Shown here: piece by piece, positions 26,535 to 38,819 of the stretch
Layout: the number at the start of each line of letters is the position of its first letter
Position numbering within the stretch: the stretch's first letter is position 1
Assembly (NCBI GenBank): GCA_951406725.2
Contig: OX597837.1
Location: 9,920,001-9,984,000, forward strand
Reading direction: 5' to 3'
DNA: 64,000 nucleotides
Origin: Octopus vulgaris
Lineage: Eukaryota
Made by a program: the position numbers and the translations under genes
Notes under the pieces: generated by a model
Databases searched by the model: none
What the model saw: only the letters and a program-made list of their open reading frames with translations
What the model was told of the DNA's origin: nothing

Positions 26535-26941
26535 TCACCATGATAGATCGTTAGCCACTACACACATTTTTTTCTCTCCTTGTTTCTCTCCTTGTTTTTT
26601 TCTGTGTCCCTTTCAGTAGAAGAGCGTAGGCTCGAAACGTAAAAGACTTTTTCAATTCCTGAGCGTTATACTAATACATATGTTTGTTTTGTACACAACC
26701 TGTCTTCGTCTTTTGTTTTTTTCGTAAACTCTCCCTATATATATATAGTCGCCATGATAGATCGTTAGCCACTACACACATTTTTTTCTCTCCTTGTTTT
26801 TTTTCTGTGTCCCTTTCTGTAGAAGAGCGTAGGCTCGAAACGTAAAAGACTCTTTCTATTCCTGAGCGTTATACTAATACATCTGTTTGTTTTGTACACC
26901 ACCTGTCTCCGTCTTTTGCTTTTTTTTCGTAAACTTTCCCT
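26535..26941 (+). mobile_element. Tandem dimer of HHR-bearing element family P1
   Basis: Two ~195-bp copies (26535-26735, 26748-26941) separated by a short (TA)n; each has C(A/T)GTAGA-A-GAGC gtag GCTC-GAAACGTA-AAAG. Confidence 0.88.
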
Positions 26942-27025
26942 ATATATATTTACATACATATATATATGTGCACACTCATATGTGTATGCATGTTTGTGTG
27001 TGTGTGTGTGTGTGTGTGAGTGAGT

Positions 27026-27060
<35 letters not shown>

Positions 27061-27671
27061 GGAGAGAGAAGGAAAGAGAGAGGGAGTTCTGTTTTATTTA
27101 CGGACGAAACTTTACGATCAACGATTTGCCGATTGTCGCATAAATCGTCTGTTGGCGGTCTTTGGGCTCAAAATAATCAAAACAAGCCAAAATTTTTGAA
27201 ATAAAATTTTAAAACAAAACACTGGATAATAAACTCTTTCTTGGAGAACGTTACCAGCGAAAATTAAAGATAAAATACACTGGATGTATCTTGGAAATTT
27301 TAGAATAGACTTAGATAACAGTATGACGACTGCTTCTTTGAACAATGTTAAGGCTTATCATATTAAAAAGGAACGTATGTTAGCTCATTGTTTATTAGCT
27401 GGCAATGAAAATAAGTGCATTAATTGTGTAAAAGCGATCGAGTTTGACAGGTTATTTCTAGCAACGTGAGTATGCAAAATATTACAGTATTATTATGAAC
27501 GCAACTCTTGTTTTGTCGTATCTTGAGCGACCTGTGGTGATATCACGGAATGTTTATCTTGACACAATATGGAATAAATGAAAGAAAGGCTTCGTTATTT
27601 TACAGACTATTATCTAAAATCGAAACAAAAAAGAAAAAAGAAACAGAAATGGTGATGTAGCCAAAAATTAT

Positions 27672-28091
27672 ACTCTTTACTCTCTTTTACATTTTTTTTT
27701 TGTTTCAGTCATTTGACTGCGGCCATGCTGGTGCACCGCCTTTAATCGAGCGACTCGACGCCGGGACTTATTCTTTTGTAAGCCCAGTACTTATTCTATC
27801 GGTCTCTTTTGCCGAACCGCTAAGTGACGGCGACATAAACACACCAGCATCGGTTGTCAAGCAATACTAGGGGGACAAACACAGACACACAAACATACAC
27901 GCACACATATATATATATACATATATACGACGGGCTTCTTTCAGTTTCCGTCTACCAAATCCACTCACAAGGCTTTGGTCGGCCCGAAGCTATAGTAGAA
28001 GACACTTAACCAAGGTGCCACACAGTGGGACTGAACCCGGAACCATGTGGTTGGTAGGCAAGCTACTTACCACACAGCCACTCCTGCGCCT
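27672..28091 (-). mobile_element. SINE family A, full length
   Basis: Homology to other family A copies. Confidence 0.92.
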
Positions 28092-28168
28092 ATATACTCG
28101 ATATATTTCCATCGTCTTTCGCTTGTTTCATGCTGGGGCACCACATTGCACATATACACATATTTATG

Positions 28169-28240
<72 letters not shown>

Positions 28241-28257
28241 TATATAAAACGTATGTA

Positions 28258-28458
28258 TTTGTGTGTCTGTATTTGTCCCCCATCATCGTATGACAACCGA
28301 TGTTGGTGTGTTTACGTACTCGTAACGTAGCGGTTCGGGAAAAGGAACCGATAGAATAAGTACTAGGCTTACAAAGAATGAAGTCCAGGAATAGATTTGT
28401 TCGGCTGAAGGCGGTGCTCCAGCATGGCCGCGGTCAAATGACTGAAACAAGTAAAATA
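28258..28458 (+). mobile_element. SINE family A 3' half
   Basis: Homology to other family A copies. Confidence 0.85.
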
Positions 28459-28494
28459 ATATATATACACACACACACATATATATATATCCAT

Positions 28495-28538
<44 letters not shown>

Positions 28539-28547
28539 TTTTGTTTT

Positions 28548-28580
<33 letters not shown>

Positions 28581-28585
<5 letters not shown>

Positions 28586-28952
28586 TGGAGAAGAGAAAAA
28601 GCCCTTATTGTCTGTTCCCTGTCCTGTTTCTTTATTTGTACTGTTTTTTCTTCATTTGTATTGTTTTTTTCTTCATTTGTATTGCTTTTACGTCCTATTT
28701 TTGTCACTTGTTTTACCCCTCTGCAAAAGAATATTATATAATTCCTTTTGCAGGAAGGACTGGTTCGACTGTGTTCTGTCCTTACCTTCGAAACACGCAT
28801 TGAGTCGAACCAGGGACAGCTGATGAAGGAGAATTTTCCTTGTATTGTTTGTCCTGTACTCTGTTTTTTCGTTGTTTAAAAAAAAGTACGTTTCCTTGTT
28901 TGATTTTATGTTCTCGTCTCTCGTGTTCTACGTTTATTTGTGGTGTCCTGTA

Positions 28953-29010
<58 letters not shown>

Positions 29011-29029
29011 TGTGTATATATATATATGC

Positions 29030-29074
<45 letters not shown>

Positions 29075-29140
29075 TACTTACATGTAGATGTAAGTATGTA
29101 CATATATGTATGTATTTATTTATTATATTTTTCTACATAC
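28581..29140 (+). mobile_element. Non-autonomous element family P4 (longest copy)
   Basis: Homologous to 14206-14605 with extra 5' sequence; inserted in (TA)n. Confidence 0.8.
28754..28831 (+). ncRNA. Candidate permuted/pseudoknotted hammerhead-like motif (family P4)
   Basis: GAAGG-ac-TGGTTCGACT-GTG-TT-CTGTCCT-ta-CCTTC-GAAA-CAC-gcattg-AGTCGAACCA-GGGACAG-CTGATGA-AGGAG. Confidence 0.66.
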
Positions 29141-29141
29141 C

Positions 29142-29175
<34 letters not shown>

Positions 29176-29176
29176 A

Positions 29177-29340
29177 GACGGGCTCCTTTGAGTTTCCGTC
29201 GACCAAATCCCCAAATCCACTCACAAGGCTTTGGTCGGCTTCAGATTATAGTAGAAGACACTTGTCGAAGCTGCAACGCAGTGGGACTGAACCCGATTAC
29301 AATGTGGTTGGAAGCAAACTTCTTACCGCACAGACAGCCA
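29177..29340 (-). mobile_element. SINE family A 5' half
   Basis: Degenerate head and CORE-like region. Confidence 0.8.
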
Positions 29341-29697
29341 AGCTTACGACTAAATCGATAATCTACAAAACAAAACAAAAAATAAATAAATAAAATAAAA
29401 ATATTTAATAATAATGATAATACTAAAATAAATAACCTTCTATTCCGTGCTAGTCGTGATCAAGACTGCGATAACGGGAGCAACATGTCTGGTTGCTACG
29501 AGGGTTGTCAAGCAATTCTAAACCAGTCGACGCCATTGATTACGCTTTCTCCCTTCGTCTGCCATACTCTACGACATATTCGGACTAAGTACTACTCAAT
29601 GGTTTTGTTAATCGCTTATTCAAACGAAGAAGCAGAAAAAAAAATGGAAAATGGATTATGCCAAACGACACTCTACTGGGCTTTCAACAATAGCAGT

Positions 29698-29884
29698 TGT
29701 TAGCACACCGGATCAAAAAGCTTAGCAGCATTTTCGTCCGTCTTTACGTTCTGAGTTCAAATTCCGCCGGGGTCGACTTTGCCTTTCATCCTTTCGGGGG
29801 TCGATTAAATAAGTACCAGTTACGCACTGGGGTCGATATAACCGACTTAATCCGTTTGTTTGTCCTTGTTTGTCCTCTCTGTGT
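29698..29884 (+). mobile_element. SINE family B, truncated monomer
   Basis: TTCTGAGTTCAAATTCCGCC...GCCTTTCATCCTTTCGGGGGTCGAT. Confidence 0.85.
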
Positions 29885-30009
29885 TATCGTTATTGACCTA
29901 CATCTGTATACATTCATACGAACGTGCATACATATGTACATGCACCTATATACACATTATATATATAATTTAATTAATTTATATGTATGTATATGTACAT
30001 ATAAATTTG

Positions 30010-30058
<49 letters not shown>

Positions 30059-30296
30059 TATATGTATGTGTATAATATTAATGTAAGCATTAATTTAATT
30101 AAAATAATTGTTTACATATGGCCGCATGTTTAGCACTAAACGAACTTTCCAAGTGTTTGATAAACTAGCTTAGAGCGAAGGACGAGAGCAAATGTTGCCA
30201 GTTATTTCAACTGACATTATTCCCAACGTCTAACACTGTTCCGAACCTTTTGGTCGGGAATGTTTTCTAACTTATAGAAAGAAAGCTCTCATTTAA

Positions 30297-30336
<40 letters not shown>

Positions 30337-30341
30337 TTATA

Positions 30342-31362
30342 CTAGCATTAAAGACCCGTCGTTGCCGTGCATGCCGTGCTAGTGCATGTATACATGTGTA
30401 TATATTACATGTACATCTATATATATACATCTACGCATAAAATGCAGATTACAAAGTTATATCGTGATATCGCTAGTGATAACAATACTCAAAATATATA
30501 ACAGACTGGAATTGTTAGCCCGTCTCTTGTAATTTCGATCAATTGTATCTTGTCCTCCCTCTTGTATAGAAGTGTGGCTACAATCCAGCCTACCTCTACT
30601 TCGGGGGGGGGGGGGCATTTAAAATTTTTTTCCGGGACGTCCTACGTCCCAGATATAAAGATAAGAATAAAATATTTCCACTTTGCAAGTTCGAGTCGAG
30701 TACTCCCTTGCACGCTCCGTTGATTCGAACCTTGCTTCTATTGTGGCGAATTTACCGCCTCTGATTAGATACCTTTCATAGTCGCACCAAAACACTTATC
30801 GAAGGTGTTTTCCTCCATGTGTTCAAATCTTTTTTCTCTACATTGTATACTTTATAGACAATAGTCTTTTCTTTAATTTAATTTTTTATTATCCATCCGG
30901 ACTATTCCATTTCTGCACGCTAATTTTATTTTTAATTTGTTCCCATTCATGTGAAACCACTTATTCAAGTTCAAATCATTGATGCAATTTTATACCAATT
31001 GCTATTTTTACTTTTGTTATGTTACGATTATATTATACTTTGGTTTGATTTTAGTTATTACTTACTACATATAATTCAATTGTTATTATTTTTATTGTTA
31101 AAGTGAAAGTATCTGACATAAAATAGGGAAATGCTTTTGTTTCACTTTTAATACGTAATACTGAAATAGTGGAGAATATATGATATTGCTATGGGCTCGC
31201 TCTAGGCAAGAAGTTGAACATTTTTTTGCCCATGAAACTACATGGACCCTAAGTAAGGCATGTGTAAAATTTGAATGAAATTGGTTGTGAGGTTCTATAG
31301 TTTTAGGGAAACACACAGACAGACAGACAGACAGACACACATTCTCAGTTTTATATATATAA
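30342..31362 (-). mobile_element. Non-autonomous Helitron/Helentron-type element
   Basis: Minus strand starts T(T)TATATATATAAAA..(GTCT)n and ends with a subterminal hairpin (ACTAGCA..TGCTAGT) and CTAG|T. Confidence 0.65.
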
Positions 31363-31434
31363 ATATATTCATTTATACAAACACGTTTACACACAAATGT
31401 CCGTGCGTATTTGATGTGTGCGTACGTATGTGTA

Positions 31435-31478
<44 letters not shown>

Positions 31479-31795
31479 CGCGTGTGTGTGTGTGAAGCGA
31501 AGTGCTAAAAGTTAATTGAGGGTAATACATATATAAAATAGTAAGAAGGTCAACAAAATAAATGTTGTGTGTATATAAATATATATACGCTTTTTTCTTT
31601 CTTTATCTTTTTGCTTACTGACGATGAGAGGAATTGAGGAATAGGGGTGGCGGGTGGAGGGAGGTGTTAAGAGTTGTAAGGTAGAGATGTGCGGGGGAGT
31701 GAGAGTGAAAGGGGGGAAGAATTGGAAACCATTGCTGTTCACGCTTGAAAACACAGCGAAAAATTCAAACGATACCGAGGGGAAGAGGCTGAGGG

Positions 31796-31833
<38 letters not shown>

Positions 31834-32026
31834 GAAAAGGAATAGAAAGAGAGGGGGAGAGAAAATTAGAAAAAGTGGGAACGCACACACATACACATAT
31901 ATTTATATATATGTATGTAGATATCATACACATGTGTATATATGTGTATATATATGTGTGTGTGTGTGTGTGTGAATGTGTGTGAGTGTGTGTGTATACG
32001 GATGATGGAGATATATAGAGAGAGAT

Positions 32027-32069
<43 letters not shown>

Positions 32070-32175
32070 CAGACAGACAGACAGGCAGAGTATATGATAT
32101 GCCTGTGTTTCTAAGAGAGAAATATGAGGCAGGGGGCCAATAGGTGCAAAAGAGAGAGAGAAAGCCAGTACGTGC

Positions 32176-32213
<38 letters not shown>

Positions 32214-32228
32214 CAGAGCCAGTACGTT

Positions 32229-32263
<35 letters not shown>

Positions 32264-32310
32264 AATATGTGCGAGTGAGAATGTGTGAGAGAGAATATGT
32301 TTGAGAGGCA

Positions 32311-32349
<39 letters not shown>

Positions 32350-32490
32350 CGCGTGTGTGTGTGTGTGTGTGTGTGTATTTGTTTGAGACAGAGAATGTGC
32401 ATGTGCGTTTCTGAGGATGTTTTTGAGAGAGAGAGAGAGACTTATGAGAGAAAAACAACGGAATGCGTGGTTACGTGCGTGTGTGTATAC

Positions 32491-32549
<59 letters not shown>

Positions 32550-32769
32550 TGTGTGTCTAAGAAGGAACGCGTGCATGAAAGGTGAGAAGGAAAACGAAAG
32601 AGTAAACTCAAATCTGAGAGGTTTGCCCTAGCAGAAAATCACGTTAGAAACGCGCGTGTGTACTTGCGTGTATATAGATACGCATGCGTACCTATGTTTG
32701 TACGGGCAACGGCTTCCCTGCATATACATATGCATGTGCGTGTGTATATATATATACATATATATATAT

Positions 32770-32816
<47 letters not shown>

Positions 32817-33029
32817 TACATATATATACATATATATATATATATATACATATATATACATATATATATATACACATATATATATACACATATATATATA
32901 CACATATATATATATATACATATACATATATACATATATATATACATATACATATATACATATATATATATACATATATATATATACATATATATATATA
33001 CACATATATATATACATATATATGTATGT

Positions 33030-33088
<59 letters not shown>

Positions 33089-33521
33089 TCAGTGTAACGC
33101 CTATATCCACTGCGAGATGGAGAGGCGACTAAATAAATAAACAGATAGATTAATAAGTAAATAAAAATATATCAAAGAAAGAGATGAATTAAAGATGGTG
33201 GAACTAATTTCATTACACGAATAAATAAACATATTAGAGATTTGTGAGTTTGATATATATTCACACTGAGAAAATATAAATTACATACCCGTGAGTGCAC
33301 GTACGCTTACATACGCACACGCACACACATGCGCACACACGCACACACACTCGCGTACATGTGTGCAGATATACATATAAATATCATTACATGCACCTAC
33401 ATATACATGTATATACATATACATATATAGATGTGTGTGTGTGTGTGTGTATAAGTATATATATACATACATATATATATATATATATGTGTTTGTGTGT
33501 GTGTGTGCGTGTGTGTGTATG

Positions 33522-33553
<32 letters not shown>

Positions 33554-33643
33554 TGTATGTATATATATACACGTATATGTATATGCATATATATATGTAT
33601 ATACATATGTATATGCATATATATATGTATATACATATATATA

Positions 33644-33745
<102 letters not shown>

Positions 33746-34030
33746 TAGATAGATAGATATAGATATATATAATATATGTGTGTGTGTGTCTGTGTGTGTG
33801 CACGCGAGCGTGTGTGTGTGTGTGATTAAATAATAGCTTGATCGAGTTCCATGCAACTAATAGTTTCGTAGACTTGTCAAACGAAACCATCTCGTCATAT
33901 TCTGCTTCTACGCGCCTGAGGAGATAGGTTCATCTCACGAGCCTACGACACTTAAGGCTGCTTAGAACCGATTCAAACTATTAACTGGATTCAACTGGAG
34001 CGCTCGGTGTTTAGTGCCTGCCATTTTTAC

Positions 34031-34345
34031 CTCATCTTCACCAGGTATGTGGACAACTTCCTAATGCTTGCTAGCTCCCGGATATGAAAAGGCCATCATT
34101 ATATTCCAGAAATTTAATAATCCTGATGAAGACATCAACATCGAAATCGAACACCCTGACATATCTAGAGCTATCTTTCTGTTCGATTTCCAACTCAGGA
34201 TTTGAGAGGAGAATTCCTTTTATACCGGCTTCCACCAAAAGCTGGCCAATAGGAACCCTTTTGTGCATTAGCAATGGACCCCGTCCGCCAGAGATAAAGC
34301 TGTTTTTGTACGAAACGCAAAAGTGTTTCACATCACCCTACTAAA
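34031..34345 (+). pseudogene. Penelope-like element reverse transcriptase relic
   Basis: LIFTRYVDNFLMLASS (RYVDD motif decayed, 34043-34057), frameshift, then EKAIIIFQKFNNPDEDINIEIEHPDISRAIFLFDFQLRI*EENSFYTGFHQKLANRNPFVH*, matching the PLE RT motif 6/7 and thumb pattern. Confidence 0.78.
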
Positions 34346-34479
34346 CAACGGCCAGCCACCCTCTTCTGCCAAACGATAGTAAGTAAACGACGCTAAAGTT
34401 AAATAAACTTGTTGCAGTCATTAGAGAGCGGCCATGCTGGGGCACTGACTTGAATCGACACCAGTGCTTATTTTCTTAA

Positions 34480-34935
34480 ATGGAGGTGATGGAGATGGTG
34501 ATGGTGGTGGTTGAGATGGTGATGGTGGTGGTGGTGGTATTGGTGGTGGTGATGGTGGTGATGTTAAAAGTGGCGGTGGTAGTTGTGGTGGTAGTGCTTG
34601 TAGTGGTGGTGGTGGTTGAGATAGTGGAGGAAGTGGTAGTGGTGGTGGTGATGATGGTGGTTGTGGTGATGGTGGTGGTGGAGGTGGTGGTGGTGGTGGT
34701 GGTGGTGGTGGTGGTGGTGGTGGTGGTGATGGTGGTGATGTTAAAAGTGGCGGTGGTTGTTGTGGTGGTAGTGCTTGTAGGGGTGGTGGTGGTGGTGGTG
34801 GTGGTGGTGGTGGTGGTGGTGGTGACGGTTGAAACGGTGGTGATGACAGTGAAGACTGCATCGGTGTGGTGCTGATGCTGCAATTACTAAGCGATAGCAA
34901 TGGTGGCGATGGCGGCGGCGGCGGCGGCGGCGGTC
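34480..34935. repeat. (GGT)n array with internal ~180-bp duplication
   Basis: GATGTTAAAAGTGGCGGTGGT..GTGGTAGTGCTTGTAG occurs at ~34560 and ~34737. Confidence 0.9.
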
Positions 34936-35061
34936 GTCGTCGATGAAGCTTACAGCTGGAGGATGCTGGGTAATGGTGGCAGTGATTATGAGATGTTATC
35001 AAACGCGTTATTGTTCTTCTTGTTATTGTAGTAATTACACAACTCGAGTCAGTCGCAGACA

Positions 35062-35500
35062 TTCTTCTTTTCCTTCTTCTTCATCTCCTTCTTCTTTTTC
35101 TCCTTTCTTCTTCTTCTCTTTCTTCTTCTCCTTCTCTTCAATTCTTCTTCAATTCCCCTCCTCCTCCTCCTCCTTCTCTTTGTCCTTCTCTTCTTCATCT
35201 CGATTTCTTCAATTCTTCTTCTTCATCAATTCTTCTTCAATTCTTCAATTCTTCTTCTTATTATTCTTCTTATTCTTCTTCTTCTTCTTCTTCAATTCTT
35301 CTCCTCCTCCTCCTCCTCCTCCTCCTTCTCTTTGTCCTCTTTCTTCATCTCGATTTCTTCAATTCTTCTTCAATTCTTCCTTTTTCTACTTCCTCTTCTT
35401 TTTCTTCTCTTTCTTCTTCCTCTTCTTCTTCTCTCCTCTCCTCTTTCTTTTCTTGTTCCTTCTTCTTTTTCTAACTTTCCATTTTCTTCTCAATCTTCTC
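35062..35500. repeat. (CTT)n/(CCT)n pyrimidine tract
   Basis: Low complexity, with a duplicated CATCTCGATTTCTTCAATTC motif. Confidence 0.9.
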
Positions 35501-35721
35501 AATTGTACTAATGGTGATAGTGGGAGATTGTGGTGGAGGTGGTAATGGGGGTGGGGTGGACGAGGTGGGTAATGGTGGTGGTGGGTGGGCATGGCAGCGG
35601 AGCCATTGTTGGTGATGGAACTAGTGGAGGCGGTGGGGGTGGGGTTTATATTTGTCTGGTAACTTTTTTGCTGTTGGCCTCCTTAACTCAATTGAAAAGT
35701 GTGCGTGCCTGTGAGTGCATA

Positions 35722-35791
<70 letters not shown>

Positions 35792-35794
35792 TAC

Positions 35795-35840
<46 letters not shown>

Positions 35841-35863
35841 TATATATATATAATATATATATA

Positions 35864-35913
<50 letters not shown>

Positions 35914-36183
35914 CGTGGCACATATTCAATACAAACTGCAGGATTCATCTTTTTAATGTTATTTATGCCATGTAGAATAAAGTTTGTCGGGTGTAGAATC
36001 ACGCAGACACACGGACACACACACAGATATGATGAGATAAATTCATATATATATATGTGTGTGTTTGTGGGTGGGTTTTATTTGTGTTTGCGTGTGTGTA
36101 CGTGTGTGTGTGTGCGCGCGCGATCGTGCATGCGTGTGTGTGTATAAATGTACACATGCATATGTACATTCATGCACACACAA

Positions 36184-36238
<55 letters not shown>

Positions 36239-36588
36239 GATATATATAGATATAGATATAGATATAGATATAGATGTATATTATACACACACACACACAT
36301 GCGTACAGATATTCATGCATTCATCGCCAAAGCACAGTTAAAGAGCTGATAGATGCCAACAAATGTGCAAGGAATGTACTTCAAATGTGTGTGTGTATGT
36401 GTTTGTTTGTGTGTGTGTGTGTGTGTGTGTATGTGTGTGTGTATGTGTGTGTGTGATCGTGCAGTCTGTGTGCGCGTACGTATGTTTCAATGCGTATAGA
36501 AGTGCAAAGCAGGGCGTGTCCACACGTCTGTTCATGTAACGTTTAGTTTACATATATGCATGTATATGTGCTAAATAAACATTGCATA

Positions 36589-36645
<57 letters not shown>

Positions 36646-36824
36646 GCATGTGTGGTTTTATATAAATATATATACATACATACATGCATGCATACATCGA
36701 ATACAATACATACATACATTCATACGTACATACATATTACATTTCTGCAGACCTCAGGAACTCTTTCGATTAAAGACACAATAATCACATACACAATATA
36801 TGTATGTGTGTGTATGTATGTATG

Positions 36825-36855
<31 letters not shown>

Positions 36856-37063
36856 ATGTATGCATTGATATACATATTCACACACACACGTTAACACACA
36901 CACACACGCACACACATATGTATATGAATATATATATACATGTATGTGTATATATAAACATAAATATGTATATGGATCTATCGATGTTCACTGAGTCCTA
37001 TATATGCCTATGCATGTGTGGGCATATATGTATGTATGTATGTGTATGTATATGTATGTATGC

Positions 37064-37122
<59 letters not shown>

Positions 37123-37567
37123 TACAAAATTACATATACATACATAGATATCTACAGAAATGTATATACAAATATGTATGTGTGTGTGTGTGTGTGTGTG
37201 TATGTGTGTGTGAGTGTTTGTATGTGTGTATACGTGTGCAAAATTACACGTGAATAACGTGTGCATAGATGTAGCTCGCTATATTTATATTCATTTCTCT
37301 TTTTGTAAAAGCGAGGCATTCGTCATTAAAAGTGCTCAATAAAAGCTGAAAGAACAAGCGTAAAAGAATGAGCGTTATTCTTCCATTTTTCAACGGGAGG
37401 GCCAAAGAATGGAATGGAAGAATGTGAATCTATCATACCGCACAGGTATGCAGCTATTATCTTAATCTGGGATATAAGATTATATTTCAATGTCTAGGTG
37501 AACGTTTTTTTCTTTCATCAGCCAGGAGAAATTCATAAAAACCTCCACCTACTAATCATACTAATAG

Positions 37568-37624
<57 letters not shown>

Positions 37625-37633
37625 GTTCATATA

Positions 37634-37846
37634 TACTCTTTACGTTTTTATTTATTTGACTGTGGCCATGCTGGAGCACCGCCTTTAATCGAGCAAACCG
37701 ACCCCGGGACTTATTCTTTGGAAGCCTAGTACTTATTCTATCGGTCTCTTTTGCCGAATCGCTAGGTTACGGCGACGTAAACACACTAGCATCGGTTTTC
37801 AAGCGATGTTGGGGGAAACAAACAAAAACACACAAACATATACACG

Positions 37847-37918
<72 letters not shown>

Positions 37919-38083
37919 TACGACGGGCTTCTTTCAGTTTCCGTCTACCAAATCCACTCACAAGGCTTTGGTCAGCCTGAGGCTATAGTAGAAGACACTT
38001 GCCCAAGGTGCCACGTAGTGGGACTGAACCCGGAGCCACGTGGTTCGTAAACAAGCTACTTACCACACAGCCACTCTTACACC
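37634..38083 (-). mobile_element. SINE family A, full length
   Basis: Homology; head-to-head with 38142-38554. Confidence 0.92.
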
Positions 38084-38141
38084 TATATACAATATATATA
38101 TTTATTTATACACATATAATTCATATATACAATATATAGAT

Positions 38142-38554
38142 AGGCGCAGGAGTGGCTGTGTGGTAAGTAGCTTGCTTACCGACCACATTGAACGGGTTCA
38201 TTCCCACTGTGTGACACCTTGGGCAAGTATCTTCTACTATAGCTCGGGCCGACCAAAGCCCTGTGAGTGGATTTGGTAGACGAAAACTGAAAGAAGCCCG
38301 TCACATATGTATATATACATATATACGTATATGTATATATACGTATGTGTGTTTGTGTATCTGTGTTTGTCCCCCCCCCCCCAACATCGCTTGACAATTG
38401 ATGGTGGTGTGTTTACGTACCCGTAACTTAGCTGTTCGGCAAAAGAGACAGATAGAATGAGTACTAGGCTTCCAAAGAATAAGTCCCGGGGTCGATCTGC
38501 TCGACTAAAGGCGGTGCTCCAGCATGGCCGCAGTCAAATGACTGAAACCAGTAA
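38142..38554 (+). mobile_element. SINE family A, full length
   Basis: GGCGCAGGAGTGGCTGTGTGG head through CAGTCAAATGACTGAAAC. Confidence 0.92.
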
Positions 38555-38819
38555 CAATGTTCACCTCGATTATTCTAAAATTTTATGTACCCCCACCACT
38601 ACTGAATGCTTTCAAAAACTAATTAAAAGCTAATTAATTAGAAAGATAATGAGAATAAAATTTCTTAGTAACTGACTGTAAAACATGTATGTTCGCCAGT
38701 TCCAAAGATGTCAGCAGTGAATTACTTTGGGAAGTAGATAAGGTCCTCTTCAACATCCTCAATATGGTTCTATCTTGGAGCATCTTGTGAAGTTCACCGT
38801 GGATCTTTGCTTCGCTTAA

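Noticed and set aside
34071-34344. 86-aa ORFs listed on both strands
   Set aside because: They are off-frame or antisense readings of the decayed Penelope RT, which lies in other, interrupted plus-strand frames.
37495-37530. CTGATGA on the minus strand near AAACGTT
   Set aside because: No stem II and no GAAA in register. Isolated CTGANGA hits near 12978, 23966, 24220 and 25133 were rejected for the same reason.
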